Shown here one piece after another: positions 51,136-64,000 of a stretch of DNA of 64,000 bases. The position numbers and the translations under genes are program-made. Each line of letters begins with the position of its first letter. Positions within the stretch are counted from its first letter, which is position 1. The DNA lies in NCBI GenBank assembly GCA_964016885.1, contig OZ024744.1:106578001-106642000 (forward strand), in the 5' to 3' direction. The DNA is from Eledone cirrhosa. Its lineage: Eukaryota. The notes beneath the pieces are model-generated. The model made no database searches. It saw nothing but the letters and a program-made list of their open reading frames with translations, and was not told the DNA's origin.

Positions 51136-52946
51136 GTTTGTGTTAATATAGAGTATGGGGTTAACCGAACAGAGATGTGCGGATCACATTATGTTAATAT
51201 ATATATATAAATGTGGTTGGTGTTAGGAAGGGCATCCAGACGTAGGCAGTTCTGTACGAGCGAGACACGGTCTCCCGACCAATCTCCTCTCAAGTGGGTC
51301 AAAACCGTCTAACCCATGCTAAACGATCGTGATGATATATATATATGTATAGATATATACACAGTTCAAGAGTAACCAATCTTAAAGAGAGAGATGGAGA
51401 TATGAGAGAGATTGGTGAGTTAGTTAGAAGCCAAAGCGTAAAGGCATGTGCTCAATGTGCAATATGCAGTGGAAGGCAGCTAGGTGGCTGGGTTCATGCA
51501 GAGGTTAGGTGCACAGAGCTGGAAATATTCATTAGTTAAGCAAAACAAGACCACAAATTTCACAAGGAAGACATTATTAAAAGATTGTCAACATATTTTA
51601 GTTTGATGTAAGGAATGTAGAGAATAATAATAATTGTTTCTACTTTTGGCACAAGGCCAGCAAAATACCCAGTGTATTACTGGTACTTTATTTTATTGAC
51701 CCCGTAAGGGTGAAAGGCAAAGTTAACCTCGGCGGAATTTAATAATAATAATGTCCGTTTACAATTGTTTCGCTATTCCATATAATATTTCTGGATCAAA
51801 TGATTATATTTCATTATTGATCTGGTTCAGTTGAAAATAATTAACATAGGTAAAAATAGAGCAGCTCATCGGAACTTCAAAAGGAATATAAATTAAAATA
51901 AGGAAAGAATGTTACATAAATGTAATGTTCCATATGTTGGTATTTCACTATGGTGTCCTGGGTATATCAATTGTCTGCCATAGTCGAGCAGTATTCTTCT
52001 TTCGAGGCTGCATTGTGTGAGATCTGCCTATGGGTAACAAGATGGCCGCCAATATATGTATATATATATATATATGGTCACGAATGTTCATGGATGTTAC
52101 ACCCTCGTCCCATGACTGGGCAACCCCTCAGTTGCTCTTGCATATCAACTGTCATATCACTGGTGCCAAGCTGTATCAGACTATTGGATAACATTGGTGG
52201 CATGGATAAAGGAGACTGATTCTATGTTGTAACAACATAGAAGCAGTCTCTTTTAACCACCAATCTAATCCAATAGAAAGCCAAGTCTGATACAGACTGG
52301 TACCAGTGATATGACAGCTGATTTCTTCAGTTCGGTGAACTGGAGCAATGTCAAATAAAGTGTCTTGCTCAAGGAAACAACGCATTGCTCACTTCAGGAA
52401 TCAAACTTACATCATCACAATTGTAAATCCAACTCTGTTACCTCTCAGCCATGCACCTTCACAGGTGTGTGTGTGTATATATATCCTGATGATTTCTCCT
52501 GAATGAAACAGTTCTAGTCCTGTTGTAGAAGCCATTTCTAACGTCCACTTTTCCATGCTAGCATGGGTTAGATGAGACAAATCTAATCAGATGACCATGT
52601 CATGCTCATACAGAACTTTCATTCTTGGTTTCTATGGCTGGATGCTCTTCCTAATGCCAACCACATTTACAGTGTGGACTGCATGCTTTATGTATGTATA
52701 TGAATATATGTATTTATGTATATCATCATTTAACAACGTCCAGTTTCCTGCTAGCAAGGGTTGGAGAGTTCTTCATAAATTGAGTCAATACTCAAGTGCT
52801 GGTGCAGGCCATTCAGTTGGATCGGGGAGTCTCCACTTTCCCAACAAATGATCTTGTGCTTTATTATGGCACCAGCTTTAGGGAGGTTATAACTTTAACC
52901 CAAGTGTAAAGTCCCCTCTGCGTGGATATATAATTATTTGTGTATA

Positions 52947-52980
<34 letters not shown>

Positions 52981-53082
52981 CGTGAAAAGTCATTGTGGGA
53001 AAAACAATACATGAGAACAATACAGTTCAATAGTAGAATGATATATATATTAATTTAACGCTTGATATAATAGGAAAAGTGA

Positions 53083-53116
53083 CTTAACGTTTCAGACGGT
53101 AATCCTTCATCAGAGG
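53083..53116 (-). ncRNA. minimal hammerhead ribozyme
   Basis: cct-CTGATGA-aggat.tacc.gtct-GAAA-CG-TT-aag; weak stem I. Confidence 0.55.
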
Positions 53117-53258
53117 ATGTGTGTGTGTGTTTATACACACACATATGTATGTATGTTCAATATTATTGGGACAAACGAGGAAATTGTGTGTGTTTATTTA
53201 TTTATAAGAGCCAATATTCGGCTGTAAAACATTGAAACAACCATATTGTCAGGGCTAT

Positions 53259-53538
53259 CAGGGCCGGATTTAGGGGGGGGGGGGGCAATTGCCCTGGGCC
53301 CCACCAGCGACAGCCGTAGCAATTTATTTGTGCCCTCAGCTGGACTTTTTAGTTTTAGGATGATTAGAATTTTTTTATTTAATGCCTGTATGTATAACTT
53401 TTAGATTCCAATTACTTGCGCCAAGTTAACTTTGATATGTAAAATGGGTGGGTGGGTATATTCTAATTTTTTTGTGAGTATGAAGGCCCTCCCAAACCTG
53501 TAGTATCCCTGGCCCCCTAAAGTCTAAATCCAGCCCCG
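53259..53538. mobile_element. MITE with hAT-like terminal inverted repeats
   Basis: cagggccggatttag ... ctaaatccagccccg; no clear TSD. Confidence 0.6.
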
Positions 53539-53929
53539 ATATATATATATATATATATGTGTATATGAGAGAGAGCGTGAGGGTGTAATTGAAAATAATA
53601 TTTTAGCACATATTTTTTATGTAATTTCAAAATGCTTGTCTGCCTTATTTTCTTCTTTCTCTCTCTCTCTCTTCCTGGATGCTCATACTCAAATTGACGT
53701 GTTAATATATTTGAATGTCCAAGAAGAAAGTGGTAGATGCTTGTTTTTAGCTGGTCATTTATATACCTTATTAAAAGGGTGAAATTGATTGTTATTTTTC
53801 AAATGCTACTAAACGCTACTGCGCCTGCGTCATTAAAACTATATATACATCATTCTACGCGCTCACTTAACTATGTATATATATATTTTCCCATTTTGAC
53901 GCTATAGTCACTTATATAATTATGGAATA

Positions 53930-54442
53930 TATATAAGTATGTATACAGACGTACAGTAGTATGTATATATATATATATACATACATGCACACACATATAT
54001 ATATATATGTACGTATGGATTCACCAAACATTTATTATTATGCTCGGTGTGTTTGTAAACAAACATCCCGTATTAAGCCGCAGTATCTAGCAACCATCGT
54101 TGCTCGTTTGTTCAACACTGACAAAGGAACGCTGTACTAGTTTCAAGCTTGTTAGCTATTGTCAGCAACGTATACCTTCCTGCCAGATTGTTGAACGTCC
54201 GAAAGTATATACTTTCCTTATGCATACGATAGCTAACAAGCTTGAAACTAGTACAGCGTTCCTTTGTCAGTGTTGAACGAACGAGCAACGGTGGTTGCTA
54301 GACACTACGGCTTAATTCGGGATGTTTGTTTACAAACACACCGAGCATTATAATAAATATTCGGTGAATCCATACGTACATATATATATATATACTACTG
54401 TACATCTGTATACATATATGTATGTACGTATACATACTTATA
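53930..54442. repeat. long inverted repeat (core arms ~53997-54160 and ~54228-54393)
   Basis: Direct comparison; outer segments (gtatacagacgtacagtagt / actactgtacatctgtatac) also pair. Confidence 0.9.
54129..54171 (-). ncRNA. minimal type-I hammerhead ribozyme in palindrome arm
   Basis: acgttg-CTGACAA-tagct.aaca.agctt-GAAA-CTAG-TA-cagcgt; the opposite arm retains ACGA, so the consensus core is CTGACGA. Confidence 0.75.
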
Positions 54443-54518
54443 TTTAAGTAACAGCCGTACTAAGAGTGGGAAATGAAATTTCGTTTCATTTTTTCCGTCT
54501 ATATAATATATATATTTA

Positions 54519-54742
54519 TTATTAGAAATGTAAGCTATCGCCGTATTTTGACTAAAGAAATTAAAGAAATTATTTAGCCTGATAAGAACCCTCGGAGTAA
54601 TGGAAAAAGATGAGTATTGACGTATGTACGTCAATACTCATCTTTTTCCATTTATCCGAGGGTTCTTAACTCCACTATCAGGCTAAATAATTTCTTTAAT
54701 TTCTTTAGTCAAAATACGGCGATAGCTTACATTTTCTAATAA
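54519..54742. repeat. palindrome centred near 54625, ~105-bp arms
   Basis: ...gagtattgacgta-tg-tacgtcaatactc...; one small insertion in the right arm. Confidence 0.9.
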
Positions 54743-54780
54743 TTTTAAACCCACTCGCTGTTTCGAAAATATTCTTACTT

Positions 54781-54827
<47 letters not shown>

Positions 54828-55120
54828 ATTTTTGTTGCATTTTTTAAGGGTATGTCAATATTTATTTATTTATAAAACTAACCTATATTATATTTTATCT
54901 GATGAAAGCGCACCATAGTTTACCTTATAGTTTATAAATATAGTTTCCATTTGTTAATATATTGTATATACATATATATATATATATATAAACATATATA
55001 TATACATATATACATATATATATATATACATTTATATATATCACTTCTATGACCTTTTCTGTTTTCAACGGAAATTTCAATACATATATATATACATATA
55101 TATATATATAAACATATATA

Positions 55121-55898
55121 TCATCATCATCATCATCATCATTTCATTTTACGTCCACTTTTCCCTGCTTGCAAGGGTGGGACGGGAACTGATTCTGGCT
55201 TGATTTCTACAGCTGGATGCCCTTCCTAACACCAACCTCATTTACAGTGAGTGCTGGGTGCTTTTTTGCCGTGGCACCTCCACGACCACTTTGCAGTGGA
55301 ATGATATGGACCCCAGTCCCTATCATCTCATTTCTACAGCTGAGTAAACTGGAGCAATGTGAAATAAAGTGTCTTGCTCAAGGAAACAACACATCGCCCG
55401 GTCTGAGAATTGAACTCACAACCTTTCGATTGTAAGGCCAATGCTCTAACCACTAAGCCATGTGCCTCCATTATAACAATCAATATATATATATATATAT
55501 ATGTGTATGTATGTATATATGTATGTGTATGTATGTATATATGTATCATCATCATCATCATCATCATCATTTCATTTTACGTCCGCTTTTTCCCTGCTTG
55601 CAAGGGTGGGACGGGAACTGATTCTGGCTTGATTTCTACAGCTGGATGCCCTTCCTAACACCAACCTCATTTACAGTGAGTGCTGGGTGCTTTTTTGCCG
55701 TGGCACCTCCACGACCACTTTGCAGTGGAATGATATGGACCCCAGTCCCTATCATCTCATTTCTACAGCTGAGTAAACTGGAGCAATGTGAAATAAAGTC
55801 TCTTGCTCAAGGAAACAACACATCACCCGGTCTGAGAATTGAACTCACAACCTTTCGATTGCAGGGCCAATGCTCTAACCACTAAGCCATGTGCCTCC
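55121..55898 (-). mobile_element. two near-identical full-length family-B SINEs in tandem (55121-55469, 55545-55898)
   Basis: Direct comparison; separated by a short TA tract. Confidence 0.9.
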
Positions 55899-56153
55899 AT
55901 GTATGTATATATATATATATGTATGTATATATATATATATATATGTATGTATATATATATATATATGTATGTGTATGTATATATATATATGTATGTATAT
56001 ATATATGTGTATATATATATGTATGTATATATGTATGTATATATGTATGTATATATGTATGTATATATATATGTATGTATATATATATGTATGTATGTAT
56101 ATATGTATGTATATATATATATATATATAAAATATAAAGATTTACATAAACAT

Positions 56154-56763
56154 ACTCGAGAGAAGGCTACGTTGGTATGGTAACGTGATGCGCATGAAAG
56201 ACGACAGCTGTATAAAAAAGTGCAGGGCAATAAAAATAGACAGTAGCCACGGAGTAGGCAGACCCAGAAAAACCTGGGATAACTTGATAAATTCCGACCT
56301 CACACACTTACACCTCTCCAAGACAATGTCACTGGACCGAGAGCTTTGGCGCTACACAGTAATAGAGAAGACCCGCCTTACCTAAGTACAAAGTGAAACC
56401 TACTACAGTCAGTAGGCACCTCTAACAAAATAACCCCCCCACCCCGTCCACACACACCCCTTTCAATGTAAAGTTATGTTGGTGCCACAACATCCAGCCC
56501 GAAACAAATGAGGTCGTGTAGGTGTCACGACAAAAAAACACAGTCCACGCTGTAATGTGGCCGTGTAGGTAACACGGTAAAAACCTCCCAGTTCCACACT
56601 GTAAATGTGGTTGGTGTTAGGAAGGGTATCCAACCTTAGAAAACCCGCCAGACAGTCCTATGCGAGCAAGACAACCACTCTTGCCTCAAGTGGGAAAACA
56701 CCCGTCCAAACCCATGCAAGCGTGGAATATGGACGTTAAACGATGATGATGATGATGATGATG
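56154..56763 (+). mobile_element. RTE-clade LINE 3' fragment inserted into hammerhead element
   Basis: Near-identical to the 21745 copy; its flanks rejoin to match the empty site at ~57400-57440. Confidence 0.9.
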
Positions 56764-57133
56764 ATAAAGTCATAGATATATGTGTTTTGCAACCGGTCAG
56801 GTTGTGGCTCAATGAAGAATTAATAAATTAAATAATCAGAGCAATATATCATAAATCATGTCTTTAGAATTATTAGATAAAATATATACCATTTCCTCTC
56901 CTAATTAGCATAATTAACCTTATAAAAAATCAATTAGACCAAGCTATAAGAATAAAGGCTCCTATGAAGAAATTTCCGACAAATAACCGAAAGCGGCCTC
57001 TTCGCGGTGGCCCCGATAGAGTGTTTATCCAACATTTCAACAGCATGTAGAAATTGACTAAATATACCGTCAACCATACACAATTAGGTGTATATTCAAA
57101 CTTAGAAGAAATGTGTACATACCGTAATTATAT

Positions 57134-57207
57134 CTCTACCATGGTTTCGTCCGTATTTTTAGACATCCAATAACAGGATACGTCCAGAGTATCGAACTCA
57201 TCAGGAG
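57134..57207 (-). ncRNA. minimal type-I hammerhead ribozyme (left arm copy)
   Basis: ctc-CTGATGA-gttcg...cggac-GAAA-CCATGG-TA-gag. Confidence 0.8.
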
Positions 57208-57691
57208 TGAACTCAAAATTAGACATTTAATTTTCCAAAGTGATTGCGCCAAAAATAGATTAAAAAATGGCTAAGAATCGTGACGTGGCAGTGGTCAAGT
57301 TAGAAAGAATGTGATTAGTTGCTTACGGCAGGTAGGCTTGTTGCTAGAAAGCGCAGCCCAATATCGCCCAATTGTATCTCAACCTAACGGGAGATTATTA
57401 AATATAAAGATTTACATATACATAAACATAAAGTCATAGATATATATGTATTTTGCAGCCGGTCATGTTGTGGCTCAATGAAGATTAATAAATTAAATAA
57501 TCAGAGCAATATATCATAAATCATGTCTTTAGAATTATTAGATAAAATATATACCATTTCCGCTCCCAATAGCATAATTAACCATATAAAAAATCAAAAC
57601 TTGACCACTGCCACGTCACGATTCTTAGCCATTTTTTAATCTATTTTTGGCGCAATCACTTTGGAAAATTAAATGTCTAATTTTGAGTTCA

Positions 57692-57765
57692 CTCCTGATG
57701 AGTCCGATACTCTGGACGTATCCTGTTATTGGATGTCTAAAAATACGGATGAAACCATGGTAGAG
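57692..57765 (+). ncRNA. minimal type-I hammerhead ribozyme (right arm copy)
   Basis: ctc-CTGATGA-gtccg...cggat-GAAA-CCATGG-TA-gag. The two stem II differences from the left copy both keep pairing through G-U. Confidence 0.8.
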
Positions 57766-58327
57766 ATATAATTACGGTATGTACACATTTCTTCTAAGTT
57801 TGAATTTACACCTAATTGTGTATGGTTGACGGTATATTTAGTCAATTTCTACATGCTGTTGAAATGTTGGATAAACACTCTATCGGGGCCACCGCGAAGA
57901 GGCCGCTTTCGGTTATTTGTCGGAAATTTCTTCATAGAGGCCTTTATTCTTATAGCTTGGTCTAATTGATTTTTTATATGGTTAATTATGCTAATTGGGA
58001 GAGGAAATGGTATATATTTTATCTAATAATTCTAAAGACATGATTTATGATAGATATGTATATATATATATAGTATATCTCTATACTATTCCATTTGTCC
58101 CCTCACCTTCTATACTAGTAAATACAATTCCAAATAAATGTTTTTCCCTATATATTAAGAATTATTTCAAGAGTAATTTACTCACTATTTTGAAAATTTG
58201 GACTGTGAACAACAATTATAATTGAGTGCCTGCTATTTGCAGTATAGCAATATAAGGTTGCACTTACCAATGAAACGGTCGTAAATACCTGGATAAAATC
58301 CTTCTCTTAATGCTTACCTGTGTTTTC

Positions 58328-58373
<46 letters not shown>

Positions 58374-58491
58374 GAATATTGAATATGCATGCCAATTCTA
58401 ACACATATATATCCTAGAAACGATCGTTAAATAATGAACTTTTTTTGTTTAATATAAGGAACTGTTTCATTGTTTATTCATTATTTGTTTA

Positions 58492-58522
<31 letters not shown>

Positions 58523-58657
58523 CAGTTCCCGTCCCACCCTTGCAAGCAAAGAAAAAGCGGATGTAAAATGATGATGATGATATATATATATATATTGTTG
58601 TGTAACCACGTCTAGACATATATATATGTATATATATATGTATTGTTGTGTAACCAC

Positions 58658-58694
<37 letters not shown>

Positions 58695-58904
58695 GGGCGG
58701 AGGTGGTGAGAACAGACCTCAGATCATTGAAGCTCACGGTGGAGATGACGAGGGACCGTGACGAGTGGAGAGATGCTGTGCTGAATAAGACCCGTCCCAC
58801 CCTTGCAAGCAGGGAAAAGCGGACGTAAAATGATGATGATGATGATGATGATGATATATATAAGGATTAGAATACAAAGGATTCTTTGTTTTACTCTCTT
58901 AATA

Positions 58905-59215
58905 TATATATATATTGTTGTGTAACCACTTCTATATATATATATATATATTGTTGTGTAACCACTTCTATATATATATATATTGTTGTGTAACCACTTT
59001 ATATATATAGAAGTGGTTACACAACAGTTAGTTCACCACACCGAGAGCAGTTGTTTCACCTTAGCGAATCCTCAGCTCGGAATGGGCCCATTCCGAGCTG
59101 AGAATTCGCTAAGGTGAAACAATTGTTCTCGGAATGGTGAACTAACTGTTGTGTAACCACTTCTATATATATAAAGTGGTTACACAACAATATATATATA
59201 TATAGAAGTGGTTAC

Positions 59216-59235
<20 letters not shown>
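58905..59235. repeat. nested palindrome centred on tgggccca (59083-59090) with reiterated terminal unit tattgttgtgtaaccacttcta
   Basis: The terminal ~22-mer occurs repeatedly in both orientations, also at ~58593-58662. Confidence 0.88.
59041..59134. ncRNA. back-to-back pair of degenerate minimal hammerheads
   Basis: + strand: ttccgag-CTGAGAA-ttcgctaaggt-GAAA-CAATTG-TT-ctcggaa (59091-59134). - strand: ttccgag-CTGAGGA-...-GAAA-CAACTG-CT-ctcgg (59041-59082). Confidence 0.6.
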
Positions 59236-59286
<51 letters not shown>

Positions 59287-59371
59287 GAGAGTTTCGACGG
59301 CTAATTCTGGACTAAGTATTGAGTACTTTGGTCCGTTATGGTCCACCTGGTTCCTTACCACATTTCCTTTG

Positions 59372-60089
<718 letters not shown>

Positions 60090-60112
60090 GAGGGTGTTAA
60101 AGTTTGCTTGTG

Positions 60113-60378
60113 TAAAATATGTAGTTTAGAAAGCCACAACAATGCAGATGGGAAATCTCGAGGTAAGAAGTGAGTGAGAAATAGGAGAAAAGTGAAAATG
60201 AAAACAAAACAAAGGTAGAAGGGTTACCGTAGTGGAGATTTAATGGATTAAATCTCCACTACGGTAACCCTTCTACCTTTGTTTTGTTTTCATTTTCACT
60301 TTTCTCCTATTTCTCACTCACTTCTTACCTCGAGATTTCCCATCTGCATTGTTGTGGCTTTCTAAACTACATATTTTA
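60113..60378. repeat. perfect palindrome, 132-bp arms, 2-nt spacer; single-arm relative at ~41387-41507
   Basis: Centre ...gagatttaat-gg-attaaatctc...; I saw no mismatch between the arms. Confidence 0.93.
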
Positions 60379-60626
60379 TATATATGAATAAAGTTAGTCC
60401 TTCATCATTAATCTTCCAACCATCATTGGTATTTCATCGCTTTAAAGACCATATACCTCCGGTTGGTGCGAGCAACGGCTAAAAAAAAGTCGTTGGGACA
60501 CGTAAATAAAGGGGACACGAGAGTGTAAACAAACAAAGATGGTGAAGCAACGAAAAGTATATTTATGTATATATATATATGTATGAATGTTTTTAAAATC
60601 CAAATTCAATAAACAGACCAGGATTT

Positions 60627-60686
60627 TTTCATTCTGATGATTGAAAGCAAAATCTTTTGCTTTTAAGAAACCACTGGTAAATGGAA
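60627..60686 (+). ncRNA. minimal type-I hammerhead ribozyme, intact
   Basis: tttcatt-CTGATGA-ttgaaagcaaa.atct.tttgcttttaa-GAAA-CCACTGG-TA-aatggaa; 7-bp stem I, 11-bp stem II, GUA site. Confidence 0.88.
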
Positions 60687-60880
60687 TAATTGCCTTATGT
60701 TGTTTATTACATAATTATATATATATATACATACATAAATATATATATATATATATAAATATATATATACTTATATATATATACATATAAATATATATAT
60801 ACTTATATATATATATACATATAAATATATATATACTTATATATATATACATATAAATATATATATACATATATATATAA

Positions 60881-60919
<39 letters not shown>

Positions 60920-60929
60920 TATATATATA

Positions 60930-60965
<36 letters not shown>

Positions 60966-61426
60966 ATATTACACAAGTGTGAGATTACTATAAGGTTGTA
61001 CGCGCATGCATATATATATATATATATTTTTTTTTTTTTAATAATTATGAAAAAATTATATATAAATAGGCGATAGTCAATATATATATATTGTGTGTAT
61101 ACAGATATGATTGTAGATTAGCATTTAATTTAAGCAAGGAATGCTGCGTAATATGTCTGTCAGCAAGCCAGCTTGTTTATTTATTATATGAGCAATGTCC
61201 TTTAAGCAGACAGTGGAAAATAGTAATAATAAATAAAAAAATAAGGCCAAGGTTAAAGTGTTTTCGTCTGAAAAATGTAATTAACATCCATTTGGACATG
61301 CTTAGCTTTCCCAATAACATTTGTTTTCTAAGTAGATTAAGCATCTACGTATTAACTACCTACATCTGTTTGGTTTTTTTTCTTGGATATAAAATCTATT
61401 CCTAAATGTACAGATACAGACCTTGT

Positions 61427-61488
<62 letters not shown>

Positions 61489-62039
61489 ATATATATATAT
61501 GTTTATTTCCACCCATCTAGCCAGCCATCTATTTTACTCTATATCTATCTATCATATATATTTGTATTTATTGAAAACTTAATTACGCACTCACAAGTAA
61601 ATAAATAAATATGTGCGACTTTCTACGCCTATTTTTATTTAGCTGTATATTTTTATTTATCTGTATATTGTCAATCTAATTAAAAAAATTGGAATCAATA
61701 TCTTGATTACCAGGTACATTAAATGGGAGGTTTTATCAACATTATATATACTTGCTGTTAAATTAACATAGGTTTTGTTTAAACCAGTGATTGTCTTTTT
61801 CTACACATAAAACAACGAACATATTTTTATAACTAGTTATAGATATATTGTGTTAATAACTTCAACTTAAAATTACTCGTTGGAATAAGGAAATAAGGCC
61901 CTTAAATAATTGTTTATGATTTAGGCACAAGGCCAGCAATTTGAGGGGGAGGGGAAAGTCGATTAAATCCACCCCAGTGCGTTGTCTTTGAATTTTCAAA
62001 AGACGTACATATTATGTTTATTTTAATATATGACGAAAG

Positions 62040-62185
62040 CCTCTCTCTCTCTCTCTCTCTAATATCCCAATAGACTTTATAAAGTCTTTTATTATTTTAT
62101 AAAAATCTATTACTCTCTCTCTCTCTCTCTCTCATATCCTAATAGACTTTATAAAGTCTTTTATTATTTTATAAAAATCTATTAT
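62040..62185. repeat. tandem duplication of ~70-bp unit with (CT)n head
   Basis: aatagactttataaagtcttttattattttataaaaatctatta occurs twice. Confidence 0.85.
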
Positions 62186-62660
62186 TTTTCCCACTAGTAA
62201 ACATATGTGTTATTGTTGTATTTGGTAAATTGTGTCACCTCATATTTATGTACTATGTACATGTATCTATTTCTAGCTATGATGTATATGTCACTCACCT
62301 TCCCCACTATTTCCGTTTGTTTATTTTTTTAATGAAATTAATTTATTCATTAAGAAATATCACTCCTTCTTGTATGTCGCCAATCGTATAGTCACCCCAT
62401 TTTTAAACATTTGTAGCATTATAACAAATTTGTGTAATTATATATAAGAGCTATTTTAGTTTCTTTGGTGGGTGATAGTCTATTTGCTTTTACAAGCATC
62501 TTGTATGAATTGGTTGACATCTTATAACCTGGAACGATGGAGAGGAAGGTAGTCGTTGCCAGATATTAGCACAACCGAATCAACACAGATTTTTAAAATC
62601 TCATATTGCTAATAATAAAAATTTGTTTTTTATTTTGTAGATATGTTGACTTTTTTTTAC

Positions 62661-62695
<35 letters not shown>

Positions 62696-62762
62696 GAAAG
62701 ACTGATTTCAATGGGAAATCATTTTTTTTTTTCCGTGTGCCATCAATTAAACTTATCTCCTG

Positions 62763-62923
62763 ATATGCTACGAAGGTGTGTGTGTGTGAGGGGGGGGGGG
62801 GGGGGGGCTTTCACTCCCCCCGGGATTAGGATTAGAGGATAAAGAAAACTCTGAGATGGTGGCAGGTTCGAGGGTCCCCCCCCCCCTTGTTTTCCCGGGG
62901 GTAAAGACTCCTTTGTAGCATGT
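62763..62923. mobile_element. small GC-rich MITE-like element
   Basis: atatgctacgaagg / cctttgtagcatgt termini, plus inner ccccccggg / cccggggg pairing. Confidence 0.45.
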
Positions 62924-63370
62924 TCGTATGTAATTAGTAGGTAGTCCACAAAAAAAAAAAAAAAAAACGAGGGAAAATGAACCCTGGAAAAAAGTCCTTA
63001 GGACCATATTAGGTGACAAGTTTGATAGCAAAAACTATTTCCCCACTAAAATCGATGGTGGTATTTTTCTAGTTGCTTATTTACGTTTTGTGTAGTTTAA
63101 TATTTAGTTCAGTCCCTCAACATATTCAAAACTCTACATTATGTTTATGCCAATTCAATCCCTCTACACACACAGAACTCTACATACACATAACTCTACA
63201 TATACAGAACTCTACATTACGTTTATGTTGATGTTTGCCTTTCATATTCCATAAAGTAATCCCAGTCATACATTTGAATGGATTTAAACTGTCTCTGTTT
63301 ACCCTATTAACTTTTTGAGGCCGTTGTTTTTTTTTAATGTTGAATATATGTTGTTTGCTTTTATGTTTAG

Positions 63371-63586
<216 letters not shown>

Positions 63587-63759
63587 TAACTTTGAATGTC
63601 TATAATAAAATACATTTTCAAATGTCTATAATTTCTAATGGTAAATTTCAACCGTTTTAAGCCAGTTCCATTTTTAGTATCGTAGAATGTACTATTTAAC
63701 ATGTGCTGTTTTTTGTGTATATTTTCTTATCTTTTTCTTTTTTGTTTTAATTTCTACAG

Positions 63760-63825
63760 GAACACCATGAAGAAGATTTCTTCCTGTATATAGCATATAG
63801 TGATGAAAGTGTCTATGGACAGTAA
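63760..63825 (+). CDS. GABARAP: GABARAP/ATG8 coding exon 3 (EHHEEDFFLYIAYSDESVYGQ*)
   Basis: T-rich tract plus CAG acceptor ending 63759; 21 codons plus TAA; conserved Gly116 (ATG4 cleavage/lipidation site) followed by one residue. Confidence 0.98.
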   Translation, partial: EHHEEDFFLYIAYSDESVYGQ

Positions 63826-63990
63826 TTTGACATTTTTTTTAAATATTCAATGTTGTTATTTATATTATCTACTACATTTTTGTGAGTTGTTGGTTGCTTA
63901 AATCGCAGCTGATATGTAAATATAAAGCTATGTGTGATAGTAACTAAACTATCACATTGAACCATTATCAGTGTATGTGGATATGTTATG

Positions 63991-63996
63991 AATAAA
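63991..63996 (+). terminator. candidate polyadenylation signal AATAAA of GABARAP
   Basis: AATAAA about 165 nt after the stop codon; the downstream context is outside the window. Confidence 0.4.
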
Positions 63997-64000
63997 CTAC

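Larger units (their letters stand above)
56128..58053. mobile_element. hammerhead-bearing element: ~1.3 tandem monomers (~664 bp) plus ~455-bp inverted copy, interrupted by an RTE
   Basis: Direct repeat 56128-56153+56764-56932 vs 57399-57596; 57598-58053 is the reverse complement of ~56846-57301. Confidence 0.85.

Noticed and set aside
55395-55469. tRNA genes at SINE heads
   Set aside because: A/B boxes are present but there is no complete cloverleaf, and they run into SINE bodies.

Overview
Eukaryotic, extremely AT-rich animal DNA. The SINE/LINE families and multi-kb (TA)n/(TATG)n tracts resemble an octopod cephalopod genome (inference). One complete host gene spans almost the whole window on the + strand: GABARAP/ATG8, 117 aa, with coding exons at 10430-10519, 63371-63568 and 63760-63825. 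Its first intron is nominally 52,851 bp, crosses a 200-N gap, and is roughly half microsatellite. Upstream lie a decayed Penelope-like element (GIY-YIG) and a decayed Gypsy element. Nested in the Gypsy RT is a ~970-bp non-autonomous LTR element (4-bp TSD, tRNA-Trp PBS, PPT) carrying an intronless mind bomb (MIB1) RING fragment. The most striking signal is about 17 type-I hammerhead ribozyme motifs (intact to degenerate) from many unrelated sequence families, together with about a dozen long fold-back palindromes embedded in TA tracts. In several palindromes the fold-back point lies at or next to the ribozyme, and the ribozyme reads outward from the centre. Nearly all long ORFs in the supplied track are microsatellite artefacts. 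All motif and repeat calls were made by eye.
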